A stretch of DNA of 64,000 nt from Candidatus Sumerlaeaceae bacterium (GTDB lineage Bacteria > Sumerlaeota > Sumerlaeia > Sumerlaeales > Sumerlaeaceae), in the NCBI GenBank assembly GCA_051003195.1, contig JBPCLP010000020.1:32001-96000 (forward strand), in the 5' to 3' direction. Positions within the stretch are counted from its first letter, which is position 1, and each line of letters starts with the position of its first letter. The notes below the pieces were generated by a model. That model was not told where the DNA came from. It ran no database searches and saw only the letters and a list, made by a program, of their open reading frames with translations. Shown piece after piece: positions 29,945-38,591 of this stretch. A program made the translations under genes and the position numbers.

Positions 29945-31630
29945 TTAACGGATCGCTGCCGGCTGGCGCAGATGCGAGGCGTAATCGGTAATTCCATCGA
30001 CGATCGCGCCGGCAACGCGATCCTGGCTCTGCGAATCGCTCAGCCGTTTTGCATCTGCCGGGTTCGTAAGGTAGCCAACCACCACCGCAGCCGAGGCCAT
30101 GGGTGCGCGCTTTCCAAGGTATAACGGCGCAGGATTGATACCGACCGGATCGCGATCGACAGCCTTGTTCATCGTGTTGAGCAGTGCCGATCCGAGGATT
30201 TTATTCTGTGCCTGGAAACTGCGGTAGTTCAAGTCCAGCGGCACCGTATCGCCGCCCTCCACGGTACCGGCTTTCACTGCCGTGTAATCGACGCTGTCTG
30301 TCACATATAAAATGCGGTAGCCGCCCATATCTGTAAATTCAGCATTCTGGCCGACGGTGATGATGATGAGCACCTGGGCGCCGGAGTTGTTGATCACCTC
30401 GAGCTTCTTGCCAAGCGGCACGCGCTCGGCGCCGCTACGGGTAAGCACCGAATCAATTCCCTTGGCCTGGAGCTGTGTCTTCAATCGCTGCGCAATCTCG
30501 AGGCATATCGCCGCACCCTGTTTTCCGAACTGCGAAATTCCGTCAAAATCGCTGTCGTCGGGGTGAATGACGACTTTGTGGATCTGCGGATTTGCTGCAA
30601 GGCTTTCCAGCTCGGCCTTACGCCGTGTCGGAATATTGTAGCGACTCATGTCGGCTTTGTCGCGCAGCGCAAGCTGCACTGGATCGACGGCATTTAGGGG
30701 CGCGACAGCCGGAGACTTGGGTGTGGGTGTTGCCCGGCTGCTCTTTGGAGTTCGCTTCGAACGAGCGGAAGGAGTTACCATCTCGATCACGGGTGTCGGC
30801 GTTGCGGTTGGAACTGGAGTCGGGCTCGGTTTAGGCGTCGCTGTCGCTGTTGGGAATGGCGTTGCGGTAAGGACGGGCGCAGGCGGGGCAGTAGGAATTG
30901 GCGTTGGCGCCGTCTCGGGAGTGGCCTGCAGGATTTCGGCGGGTGCTGCCGGAGTCGGAGTTGTGAGGAGTGTCGCAGGAGTCGCTGCAGCCATCAGCCG
31001 GGGCGTTGGCGTCGCGCCGGCAACTGCGGTCGCGTCGGGTTCCTCGGGAAGCACGGTTGCTACGGGCGCTGCGGTAGGCAGAGGAGTCGCTGGCGGAGTC
31101 GGCGTCGCAGCTGCCACCGTAGTCGTGGTGGGTGAGGGGCTCACCGCCGTCGCCTTTCGTTCCAGTTCCTGTCCGATGCGATCAACGACCGACTGCGGCA
31201 CGTAGATATCTCCGCTGCGAATCCGAATGGACTGGCCGGTTTTTTCACCCACTCCATTAACTACCATTTCGCGACCCTGGAAGAGCGCAAATTTCTGACC
31301 GCTGGCTTCGATCCGAAGCGTGCGGCCATCCCAATCCACTTTCGCCGACGGATCAATCTTCCGGAGCTGCTGGGCAAGGGCACCGGCAAATACGTAGTCG
31401 CTCGAACCGGGGCCAGAGTCCGCATCCGGGGCGGGCACTGTCTGGCGGACGGGCTCGGGAGTGGCCGCAGGAACGGGAGTTTCTGCAGGACGTGACCAAG
31501 GTGCCCTGAACTGCACCAGTTCAGTTGCGGGTCTCCGTAGTTCCACGCCTGGCGTCTGTGCCGAGGCCAAAGCCGGTATAAAAAGTATCAGGCCGAGGAA
31601 ACCAGCTTTAGCGCCTGCGTTGTGTCGCAT
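29945..31630 (-). CDS. Exported Amidase_3-fold protein with Pro/Thr/Ala linker, probably inactive
   Basis: Signal peptide; LEIAQRLKTQL..GIDSVLTR...PLYL...MASAAVVVGYLTNPADAKRL follows the Amidase_3 scaffold, but the Zn ligands are absent. Confidence 0.75.
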   Translation of the reverse strand: MRHNAGAKAGFLGLILFIPALASAQTPGVELRRPATELVQFRAPWSRPAETPVPAATPEPVRQTVPAPDADSGPGSSDYVFAGALAQQLRKIDPSAKVDWDGRTLRIEASGQKFALFQGREMVVNGVGEKTGQSIRIRSGDIYVPQSVVDRIGQELERKATAVSPSPTTTTVAAATPTPPATPLPTAAPVATVLPEEPDATAVAGATPTPRLMAAATPATLLTTPTPAAPAEILQATPETAPTPIPTAPPAPVLTATPFPTATATPKPSPTPVPTATPTPVIEMVTPSARSKRTPKSSRATPTPKSPAVAPLNAVDPVQLALRDKADMSRYNIPTRRKAELESLAANPQIHKVVIHPDDSDFDGISQFGKQGAAICLEIAQRLKTQLQAKGIDSVLTRSGAERVPLGKKLEVINNSGAQVLIIITVGQNAEFTDMGGYRILYVTDSVDYTAVKAGTVEGGDTVPLDLNYRSFQAQNKILGSALLNTMNKAVDRDPVGINPAPLYLGKRAPMASAAVVVGYLTNPADAKRLSDSQSQDRVAGAIVDGITDYASHLRQPAAIR

Positions 31631-31908
31631 GCAGTGGGCAAATTTATGAGCTGCCTGTGTGGGTATGGCGTGCAAGAGCTCCGTATCCTGTACTGTCGTG
31701 CGGTTTCGGTGGGCGTTTTCCGTACACAACAGGCGCCCAGGCACGATCTCGCGTGACAATCAGCAGGAATCGCGCCGCAGCGGGGTTGGGTGGTCAATAG
31801 CGGAATTGCGGATCTGTGCCGGGCCAGGAATGAATTGTTCACGAGTTTTCGAAGCTCAATTTGAGCTTTTGCTTTATGTTGCTGAATACGCGCAATGCTA
31901 ATCAATAG

Positions 31909-31922
31909 TTAACCAAGGTTAA
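31909..31922. promoter_or_regulatory. Palindrome, candidate MarR operator
   Basis: TTAACC-AA-GGTTAA ends 3 bp before the marR ATG, in an AT-rich divergent promoter region. Confidence 0.45.
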
Positions 31923-31925
31923 TCA

Positions 31926-32504
31926 ATGGCCACCAATTCCCATAATGTAGCAGCCGCTATCAGAAATCTGCAGCGGCTATCGGACCTCTTTTGCGAGCGG
32001 CGGGAGCAGCTTGCCCGCGAGGCGGGCCTCACGGTGCAGCAATGGTGCGTTCTTGAGAAGATCAGCGAGCAGCATTTTATGCCCTCGATGTTTGCGCGCA
32101 ATCGTGACAGCAGCGCCGCGGCAGTGTCGAAGGTGATTCGTCAGCTTCTTGATAAAGGCGTCGTGGCGGTGGGAGTGCAGGAGCACGACGGTCGACAGCG
32201 ACGCTATACGCTTACTGAGAGCGGTGAGCGCATCGTTGAGAAACTCCGCGACAGCCGCCAGCGAGCCATTAACGCCGTGTGGAACGGAATCCATCCCAGC
32301 CAGCTGGAACAGTTCATTTCTTTCAGCGAGGATTTAGGTGACCGGCTGGAGACCTATATTAAACAGCAGCGGAATGGCAGCAAAGACGACGCTCTCCTGG
32401 ACACCGCATTCAGTGTATGCGCGGCGGTGACGTGCACAGAAGAGCCACTCCCAGATCGGGAGCCGGTCGCTGTCATCACTTCTACAAACAAGTTTATCGA
32501 CTAA
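31926..32504 (+). CDS. MarR family transcriptional regulator
   Basis: GLTVQQWCVL, SAAAVSKVIRQLLDKGVV, DGRQRRYTLTESG. Confidence 0.88.
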   Translation: MATNSHNVAAAIRNLQRLSDLFCERREQLAREAGLTVQQWCVLEKISEQHFMPSMFARNRDSSAAAVSKVIRQLLDKGVVAVGVQEHDGRQRRYTLTESGERIVEKLRDSRQRAINAVWNGIHPSQLEQFISFSEDLGDRLETYIKQQRNGSKDDALLDTAFSVCAAVTCTEEPLPDREPVAVITSTNKFID

Positions 32505-32519
32505 AAGGACAGAGTAATA

Positions 32520-33950
32520 ATGGGCAAGAGCCTCTACGAAAAAGTTTTTGAGCGGCACACCGTGCGCAAGCTGCCGAGCGGACAGTACCAGGTGCTGATG
32601 GGGCTGCAGCTCATCCATGAAGTGACGAGTCCGCAGGCGTTCAGCATGATTCGCGAACGCGGATGGAACGTGCTCTATCCCAATCGCAACTTCGCGACGG
32701 TCGATCACATCATACCCACGCACAGCCAGGCCCGTCCGCTGGCCGATGCCATGGCGGAAGAGATGCTCGTCGCCCTTGAAAACAACTGTCAGCAGTACGG
32801 GCTGAAGTTCTTCCACCCCAGCAGAGGTGAGCAGGGGATTGTTCACATCATCGGGCCAGAGCTCGGCCTTACGCAGCCCGGCATGACGATCTGCTGCGGC
32901 GATTCGCATACGTCGACGCACGGCGCATTCGGGTCGCTGGCGTTCGGTATTGGGACCAGCCAGGTGCGCGACGTGCTGGCGACGCAGACGCTCGCGATGG
33001 GTAAGCTTAAGGTCCGCCGCATCCAGGTGGATGGAAAACTGCAGCCCGGAGTTTACGCCAAGGATGTGACACTTTACGTCATCCAGAAGCTCGGTGTGAA
33101 GGGCGGCGTCGGCTACGCGTACGAGTACGCCGGTGAGGTGTTCGACAACTTCACGATGGAAGAGCGCATGACGGTGTGCAACATGTCCATCGAGGGCGGC
33201 GCGCGATGTGGCTATGTAAACCCGGATCAGACAACCTACGATTACCTCAAAGGCCGCGAATTCGCACCGAAGGCCGCGGCGTGGGACAAAGCGGTCGAAT
33301 ACTGGGAAGGCATCAGGAGTGATCCCGATGCGCACTATGACGACGTGTTCTACATCCGCGGTGAGGAGATCGAGCCGGTCGTTACGTGGGGCATCACGCC
33401 GGGCCAGTCGACGAGCGTCGGCGGCAGCATCCCTGCGAAGACTGAATTCGACGAGAGCGAGCAGTCGCTGATCGAAGAGGCGTACGAGTACATGAGCTTC
33501 GAGGCGGGTCAGCCAATCAAGGGCACGAAGATCGACGTCGCCTTTCTCGGCAGTTGCACGAACGGGCGTATCTCCGATTTTGAACAGGTTGTTAATTTCC
33601 TTCGCGGCGCCGAATACCATGTCGCGCCGCACGTCAAAGCCATCGCAGTGCCGGGAAGCCAGGCCGTCAGGGAAGAGATGAAGCGCCGCGGCTACGATAA
33701 AGTGCTGAACGACGCCGGGTTCGAGTTCCGCGAAGCGGGTTGCAGCATGTGCCTTGCGATGAACCCCGACAAACTGAAGGGCCGCGAGGTGTGCGCGAGT
33801 TCCTCGAACCGTAACTTCAAGGGACGCCAGGGTTCGCCCACCGGCCGCACGCTGCTGATGAGCCCGGTCATGGTCGCAGCCTGCGCGATCGCGGGCGAAG
33901 TCGTCGATGCCCGCGAGTTCTTCCACATCGCAGAACCGGCAATGGCGTAA
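32520..33950 (+). CDS. leuC: 3-isopropylmalate dehydratase large subunit
   Basis: [52 protein letters not shown]. Confidence 0.98.
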   Translation: MGKSLYEKVFERHTVRKLPSGQYQVLMGLQLIHEVTSPQAFSMIRERGWNVLYPNRNFATVDHIIPTHSQARPLADAMAEEMLVALENNCQQYGLKFFHPSRGEQGIVHIIGPELGLTQPGMTICCGDSHTSTHGAFGSLAFGIGTSQVRDVLATQTLAMGKLKVRRIQVDGKLQPGVYAKDVTLYVIQKLGVKGGVGYAYEYAGEVFDNFTMEERMTVCNMSIEGGARCGYVNPDQTTYDYLKGREFAPKAAAWDKAVEYWEGIRSDPDAHYDDVFYIRGEEIEPVVTWGITPGQSTSVGGSIPAKTEFDESEQSLIEEAYEYMSFEAGQPIKGTKIDVAFLGSCTNGRISDFEQVVNFLRGAEYHVAPHVKAIAVPGSQAVREEMKRRGYDKVLNDAGFEFREAGCSMCLAMNPDKLKGREVCASSSNRNFKGRQGSPTGRTLLMSPVMVAACAIAGEVVDAREFFHIAEPAMA

Positions 33951-33952
33951 CC

Positions 33953-34303
33953 ATGTCGCCTGTGCGCACCACATGGACTAGTCTGAGCAGAGGTGCTGCG
34001 ATCCGGTTAACCTTTATTTACGCCTTTGTCATAGCAGCGTGCTATGGATGGTTGTTCTCGAAAAGGGGAACAGTCGCGCCAGAGGTTTTCCATGACGCCA
34101 TTTACAATTCACTGCCACCCGCAATCGGCGGACTGCTTGGCTGCCTGATCTGGGTGTTCTGGGGCGAGCAGATCGTGGCGGCCAAGCAGCGCATGCGGAT
34201 CCGGCTCGCGCACAGTAAATTCAGGTTCTTGGCTGCGGAACTTCCCGGCGCAAGCAAACGTGCTCACGAGACCGAGAAAGTGGAAGATATAAAAAGGGCA
34301 TGA
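33953..34303 (+). CDS. Hypothetical 2-TM membrane protein
   Basis: Starts 2 bp after leuC; two hydrophobic helices. Confidence 0.55.
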   Translation: MSPVRTTWTSLSRGAAIRLTFIYAFVIAACYGWLFSKRGTVAPEVFHDAIYNSLPPAIGGLLGCLIWVFWGEQIVAAKQRMRIRLAHSKFRFLAAELPGASKRAHETEKVEDIKRA

Positions 34304-34352
34304 CACACCAGTTCTTAGAGATTCAGGACTATTGCCCGCGAAAGGAATATAC

Positions 34353-34598
34353 ATGAGTACTTCGGCGGACCTCAGCAGGATCAAAGCAGCCGCTTTGCAG
34401 CTTAGCGTTGATGAAAAGATCGAGCTGGCTGAAGACTTATATCTGAGCGCCAACGGGTTTTCTCCAGATGGTCTAGACCCGGAGCAGCGTATGGAACTTG
34501 AAAGACGCCTCGCAGAAGTTCGGGCAGGCACTGCTAAACTGGTACCATGGGAGCAACTGCGTGACGAAATACTGGAAGGCACCGAGCCGCTAGTTTAG
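34353..34598 (+). CDS. Addiction module antitoxin (TIGR02574-like), copy 1
   Basis: LSVDEKIELAEDL...EQRMELERRL...LVPWEQLR; AAAGGA RBS. Confidence 0.8.
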   Translation: MSTSADLSRIKAAALQLSVDEKIELAEDLYLSANGFSPDGLDPEQRMELERRLAEVRAGTAKLVPWEQLRDEILEGTEPLV

Positions 34599-34616
34599 CA
34601 AACAGGAGATAAACAA

Positions 34617-34850
34617 ATGAAGCACGTCGGTCTCGATAGGATTACCTCACAGGCTTTAACACTACCAGCAGCTGATCGCGCCCTGCTGGCTGAGCGACTT
34701 GTAACAAGTTTGTCTGAAACGGCCGATCCTGATGTTGAAGGCCAGTGGATCGCCGAGATTCGCGAGAGATATGCAACGTATCAGCGCGGCGAATTACGCA
34801 CGATCGACGCCGAGGAGGTTTTTCGAAAGCTGGCCGACGACCGGCAATGA
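34617..34850 (+). CDS. Addiction module antitoxin (TIGR02574-like), copy 2
   Basis: ALTLPAADRALLAERLVTSL...WIAEIRERY...IDAEEVF; AGGAG RBS; ATGA overlap with the toxin. Confidence 0.82.
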   Translation: MKHVGLDRITSQALTLPAADRALLAERLVTSLSETADPDVEGQWIAEIRERYATYQRGELRTIDAEEVFRKLADDRQ

Positions 34851-35131
34851 AAAAGATCCGATTTGGCGAAAGTGCTGAAGCGGAGCTTTTATTCGCCGTC
34901 AGGTGGTATGGCCAACGCAGCAAAACTGCCGCAAAGGATTTCAGGGCCGCTGTTCGCAAAGGCTGTCGACAGATCCAGCGACATCCGCAGGCTTGGGAGA
35001 TGTGGGATCCGCCCTTCCGACATTATTTAATGCGGAGTTTCCCCTTTGCACTGGTCTACCTGGAGGAAAAGCAGTCGATAGTGATCCTCGCTGTCATGCA
35101 CCTAAACCGGAAGCCCGACTATTGGAAGTAA
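34847..35131 (+). CDS. RelE/ParE family type II toxin
   Basis: AEAELLFAVRWY...FPFALVY...ILAVMHLNRKPDYW, a typical ParE-like pattern. Confidence 0.88.
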   Translation: MKKIRFGESAEAELLFAVRWYGQRSKTAAKDFRAAVRKGCRQIQRHPQAWEMWDPPFRHYLMRSFPFALVYLEEKQSIVILAVMHLNRKPDYWK

Positions 35132-35164
35132 GACCGAGTTGAAGAAAAGAGAAAGCGACTAATC

Positions 35165-35779
35165 ATGGACGACTTAAAACGAGTGAAGATTACCGGCACC
35201 GCCATACCGGTGCGAGGCAATGACATTGATACCGACCGCATCATCCCGGCGCGATACCTGAAGTGCGTGGTGTTTGACGGGCTGGGCGAGCACGCCTTCG
35301 AGGACGACCGCCTCCAGCTCAAGGAGCGCGGGCAGACACATTCTTATGATAATCCGGCTTTCGCCGACGCCGAAATTCTTCTCGTGAACAAGAACTTTGG
35401 CTGTGGCTCCTCGCGCGAGCACGCGCCGCAGGCGATCATGCGCTGGGGTAAAGGCATCAAGGCAATTGTGGGCGAGAGTTTCGCAGAGATTTTCTTCGGC
35501 AACTGTGTGGCGCTGGGCATCCCGTGCGCGGTCGTAGACGAAGCCGGCGCGAACAAACTGCAGTCCGCGGCCGAGGCCAGCCCCGACGCCCAGTTCACCG
35601 TCGATGTCGACAAACAGGTCGTTACCGTGGGTAATGAAACCGTGCCATTCGAAATTCCCGCCGGTGTTCGCCAGCAGTTCCTGGAGGGAAAGTGGGATTC
35701 GACCGCGGAGTTGCTGGCGGCGCAGGCTCAGATCGCGGTTACAGCGGGGAATTTACCTTACTTTAACGGGTGGCAGTAG
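35165..35779 (+). CDS. leuD: 3-isopropylmalate dehydratase small subunit
   Basis: DIDTDRIIPARYLK, NFGCGSSREHA, SFAEIFFGN. Confidence 0.98.
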   Translation: MDDLKRVKITGTAIPVRGNDIDTDRIIPARYLKCVVFDGLGEHAFEDDRLQLKERGQTHSYDNPAFADAEILLVNKNFGCGSSREHAPQAIMRWGKGIKAIVGESFAEIFFGNCVALGIPCAVVDEAGANKLQSAAEASPDAQFTVDVDKQVVTVGNETVPFEIPAGVRQQFLEGKWDSTAELLAAQAQIAVTAGNLPYFNGWQ

Positions 35780-35782
35780 TCA

Positions 35783-35816
35783 GGCGGGGCTGATCCCCGC
35801 AGGGGATCAGCCCGCC
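35783..35816. terminator. Hairpin between convergent genes
   Basis: GGGCTGATCCCC-gca-GGGGATCAGCCC 12-bp stem immediately after leuD; no U-tract. Confidence 0.7.
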
Positions 35817-35820
35817 CTAA

Positions 35821-37572
35821 TCAGTTAAATAACTGCCAGTCATCCGCCGCTGTAACCACGATGCTGATGGCAAGTTCGTCAGCACCAATCACCGGCTGCG
35901 TCACACTGCGTGATTGACCGTCGATGTCTGTCGTAAGGCCGACCGGAGTTCCCAGGTAAACCGAGCCCGGGTCGCTCGTAAAATGCAGATCCGAGTTGGA
36001 GGCCCAAGCGCCAGCGCCCGCAATAACAGGAACCGTCGGATTCACAACCCGGCTGTTTGCGTCCTGTCCTGAAGCCAACTGCCACGCCGCAAAGTCGGCC
36101 ACATTAGCCACATGGCTTCCATTGGCGACATTATAACCGGCGAACTGTGCGCCGGCGTTGCCGAGATAGAAAACATTGTAGTCGGAAATGAACGGACCGA
36201 CGGCACCGCCCACCTTCCAATACACAACGCCATTGTTCTGCTCCATGCGGATGATGTTATTCTTGAGGATTGTCGTGCCTGCGTACTGCCCCTGGTTCAG
36301 TGCAAGCGCGCAGTAGCGATCCACGTTCGCCGCCTGCTGCAGGTTAGCAAAATTTGGCATGTTGATCGAGTTGTGGAGGATGTTCGTATTACACGTGACG
36401 GTCGTTCCCGCCGCAGCGCCCTGGATCGTAATTGCGCGAACGAGGCTGGGGGCTGTCGTGGTCGGAATATCTCCGAGGTCGAACCCGCCAAAAAAGTTAT
36501 TCTCGATGTTATAGGTTCCAACCTGTGGCTGTGCTATGCCCTGGCCGATAAACATCGCGCTTAGAACGCCTGCTGTATTACCCGCTGAAACGCGTAGCTT
36601 CGTCATCTTGTTGTTCTTAAAGTTGAGCGTGTAACCACTCGAGCCGTTAAAGCTATGCTCAAACAAATCAGGCCGGCTGGTGAAAGTAAACGTTTCGTCG
36701 ATCGAGCACGTGTTGTTCAGTACGTCGCCCACCGCAGGGTTCATAAAGAAGCCGCGGAAAGTTGTCTCAATCGTGTTCGAAGTAAAACTCATGCCGGTCA
36801 TGACAGTTCCGGCCGCAATGGTGCCAGAGTTTCTGCACACAATTGCCTGCCCGTTCGCAGAAGTTTTCGATCTCAGCAGGCAGTTCGTCACCGTTCCAGT
36901 GGTAGGCACGCGGTCGACGCTGCCGATGTCGCGCCTGTTCGTGAACTCGACACAGAACGATTCCAGCGTGCCGGAGGACTGCTGTTCAATCACCGCATTC
37001 TTAATCGTCGCATTGCCGCATGCTCCAACCACTCGAACGAGATAGGAGCCAACCGTCAGCGCAGAGGTATCTGTTATTTTCAGATCGCGAGTCGTGCCGC
37101 CGGGAACGTTCGACCCATCAATGGTGAAGTTGTCGGTGCCGAGAAGTTGCCCGGCCAGGTTGAGAGTCGACGTCGTGCCGATAAGCAGATGCCCCGCCCA
37201 TATAGTGCCTGCTAAAGCCGTCGTTGTGGTGAAAGTGATTGTGGGCTGGGAAGACGGCGCCGGACGCACAGTTACGCTGTTACCGTTGGTCAAATTTCCG
37301 AACGCCACGTTGTTTGGTTCGAACAAGTCAGACGCAATCAGGAGCGTCCAGTTTCCTGTGCACCCGCCCGCCAGCGAACTGAAGTCTTTCGCGGCTTCAT
37401 CAAGCGAAATGTAATCGGCACCTCCTCCCGAATTGACCGTGGAAACTCCCTGCCCTGCCGGAGCATCGCTGAACTTCTTTGCGGATCCAGCGGCAACAAC
37501 CGCCAGAATCATGAGCGTGAAAATATGGTGTTTCAATGTGGGGTTCGCTTTCTGCGCGGGCATCAGGCGCAT
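35821..37572 (-). CDS. Exported T/N/G-rich surface protein (probable beta-helix) with C-terminal AADDWQLFN motif
   Basis: Signal peptide; repeated I.NN motifs (IENN, ILHNSI, LKNNII, SDYNVF); TTDIDGQSR...IGADE cap. Confidence 0.75.
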   Translation of the reverse strand: MRLMPAQKANPTLKHHIFTLMILAVVAAGSAKKFSDAPAGQGVSTVNSGGGADYISLDEAAKDFSSLAGGCTGNWTLLIASDLFEPNNVAFGNLTNGNSVTVRPAPSSQPTITFTTTTALAGTIWAGHLLIGTTSTLNLAGQLLGTDNFTIDGSNVPGGTTRDLKITDTSALTVGSYLVRVVGACGNATIKNAVIEQQSSGTLESFCVEFTNRRDIGSVDRVPTTGTVTNCLLRSKTSANGQAIVCRNSGTIAAGTVMTGMSFTSNTIETTFRGFFMNPAVGDVLNNTCSIDETFTFTSRPDLFEHSFNGSSGYTLNFKNNKMTKLRVSAGNTAGVLSAMFIGQGIAQPQVGTYNIENNFFGGFDLGDIPTTTAPSLVRAITIQGAAAGTTVTCNTNILHNSINMPNFANLQQAANVDRYCALALNQGQYAGTTILKNNIIRMEQNNGVVYWKVGGAVGPFISDYNVFYLGNAGAQFAGYNVANGSHVANVADFAAWQLASGQDANSRVVNPTVPVIAGAGAWASNSDLHFTSDPGSVYLGTPVGLTTDIDGQSRSVTQPVIGADELAISIVVTAADDWQLFN

Positions 37573-37645
37573 GAGTTATTAGGACGTCTGTAGTAAATGT
37601 ACTACGAGTGAGCTGGACTAGCGCAATGGGTATTTTAGCCGCGGC

Positions 37646-38209
37646 CTAGTTTGCAGCCGCCGTGCGGAACAGATCGCCCTGCGAGACACTTCCGTTTGTC
37701 GTGTCGTATGGCCAGGACGGCCCCTGGGCGACACCGCCGAGGAAGAAGCCATTCCTTACATTGTTCGGCTCGCTTACGCCATCAGGTCCGCGGCTGCGCA
37801 AAATCCACCGATGAAGCGGCGCTACCGGTGCCAGGGCATGCGTGTCCGGAAAGCTTCGCAGGTTCGTGTAGCTCATCCACTCACCGGCAGAACCACTCGC
37901 GGATTCGTAGAAACGGTAAAATTTATCCCGCGCCGGGACCGACGTAAGAAAGGCGACCGGCGTGGTAAGGTAGAAGTAGCGGTCAGGGTACGGCACCTCG
38001 CTGAAGTCGGGCAGCAGGTGCGGCGGGTAGGCGTTATTGTCGACCGCATATGCTTCGAGTCCTGTGGTGATGGTTCGCAGGTCGGATTTGGTCGCACTCA
38101 CCTTGGCGCGCGTCTGCGCTTCCAGGAAGTTTGGCACTGCAATCGCCGCCAGGATCGCGATAATGGCCACGACGATTAGAAGTTCGATAAGTGTAAAAGC
38201 TTTTTGCAT
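37646..38209 (-). CDS. Type IV pilin / T2SS pseudopilin-like protein
   Basis: MQKA|FTLIELLIVVAIIAILAAIAVPNF N-methylation signal. Confidence 0.9.
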   Translation of the reverse strand: MQKAFTLIELLIVVAIIAILAAIAVPNFLEAQTRAKVSATKSDLRTITTGLEAYAVDNNAYPPHLLPDFSEVPYPDRYFYLTTPVAFLTSVPARDKFYRFYESASGSAGEWMSYTNLRSFPDTHALAPVAPLHRWILRSRGPDGVSEPNNVRNGFFLGGVAQGPSWPYDTTNGSVSQGDLFRTAAAN

Positions 38210-38263
38210 GACGAGTTACCGTAGCAGTTTGGATGCTGAGGTCAATCACGTTCAGGTCGGAGC

Positions 38264-38523
38264 AGTTCCGCAGCTGCCCCGGAACTTCTTCTCCGTTTTC
38301 TCGGGTTAATGATTTCCCCCATCGCGCCAGGTCGCACCACGCGTCTAATCCATCCAACTCCGGCGAAACGACCACGCACGCGACCAGAACTCGTACCCCG
38401 CCCTGGGAGTGCAACACCGCGTGCCGCACCGTAAAACCCGGGCATTCCTTTTACGCATCCCTGCACGTTTGGACCCGGTTTCGGAACAGTTCCTGAGCTG
38501 CCCCTGGAGCTGCCCCCAGAACT
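38264..38523. repeat. Pair of related REP-like palindromic motifs
   Basis: AGTTCCG-cagctgccc-CGGAACT at 38264-38286 and CAGTTCCTGAGCTGCCCCTGGAGCTGCCCCCAGAACT at 38487-38523; AGCTGCCCC occurs three times. Confidence 0.5.
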
Positions 38524-38591
38524 TAATTGGTCAAACGTCCCCAAATTTGAGGCGCCAGTTGGCTCTACATGCCCCGATCAATGGAGTGCTT

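Noticed and set aside
30640..31200. Repetitive DNA and a G/V/A-rich plus-strand ORF
   Set aside because: Explained by the Pro/Thr/Ala linker of the minus-strand amidase-like gene; not a CRISPR array or a separate gene.
32334..33974. 546-aa ORF antisense to leuC (similar ones at 12839-14188, 46012-47076, 48004-49734, 59034-60026, 61702-62775)
   Set aside because: Shadow ORFs expected from codon bias in GC-rich genes; no protein motifs.
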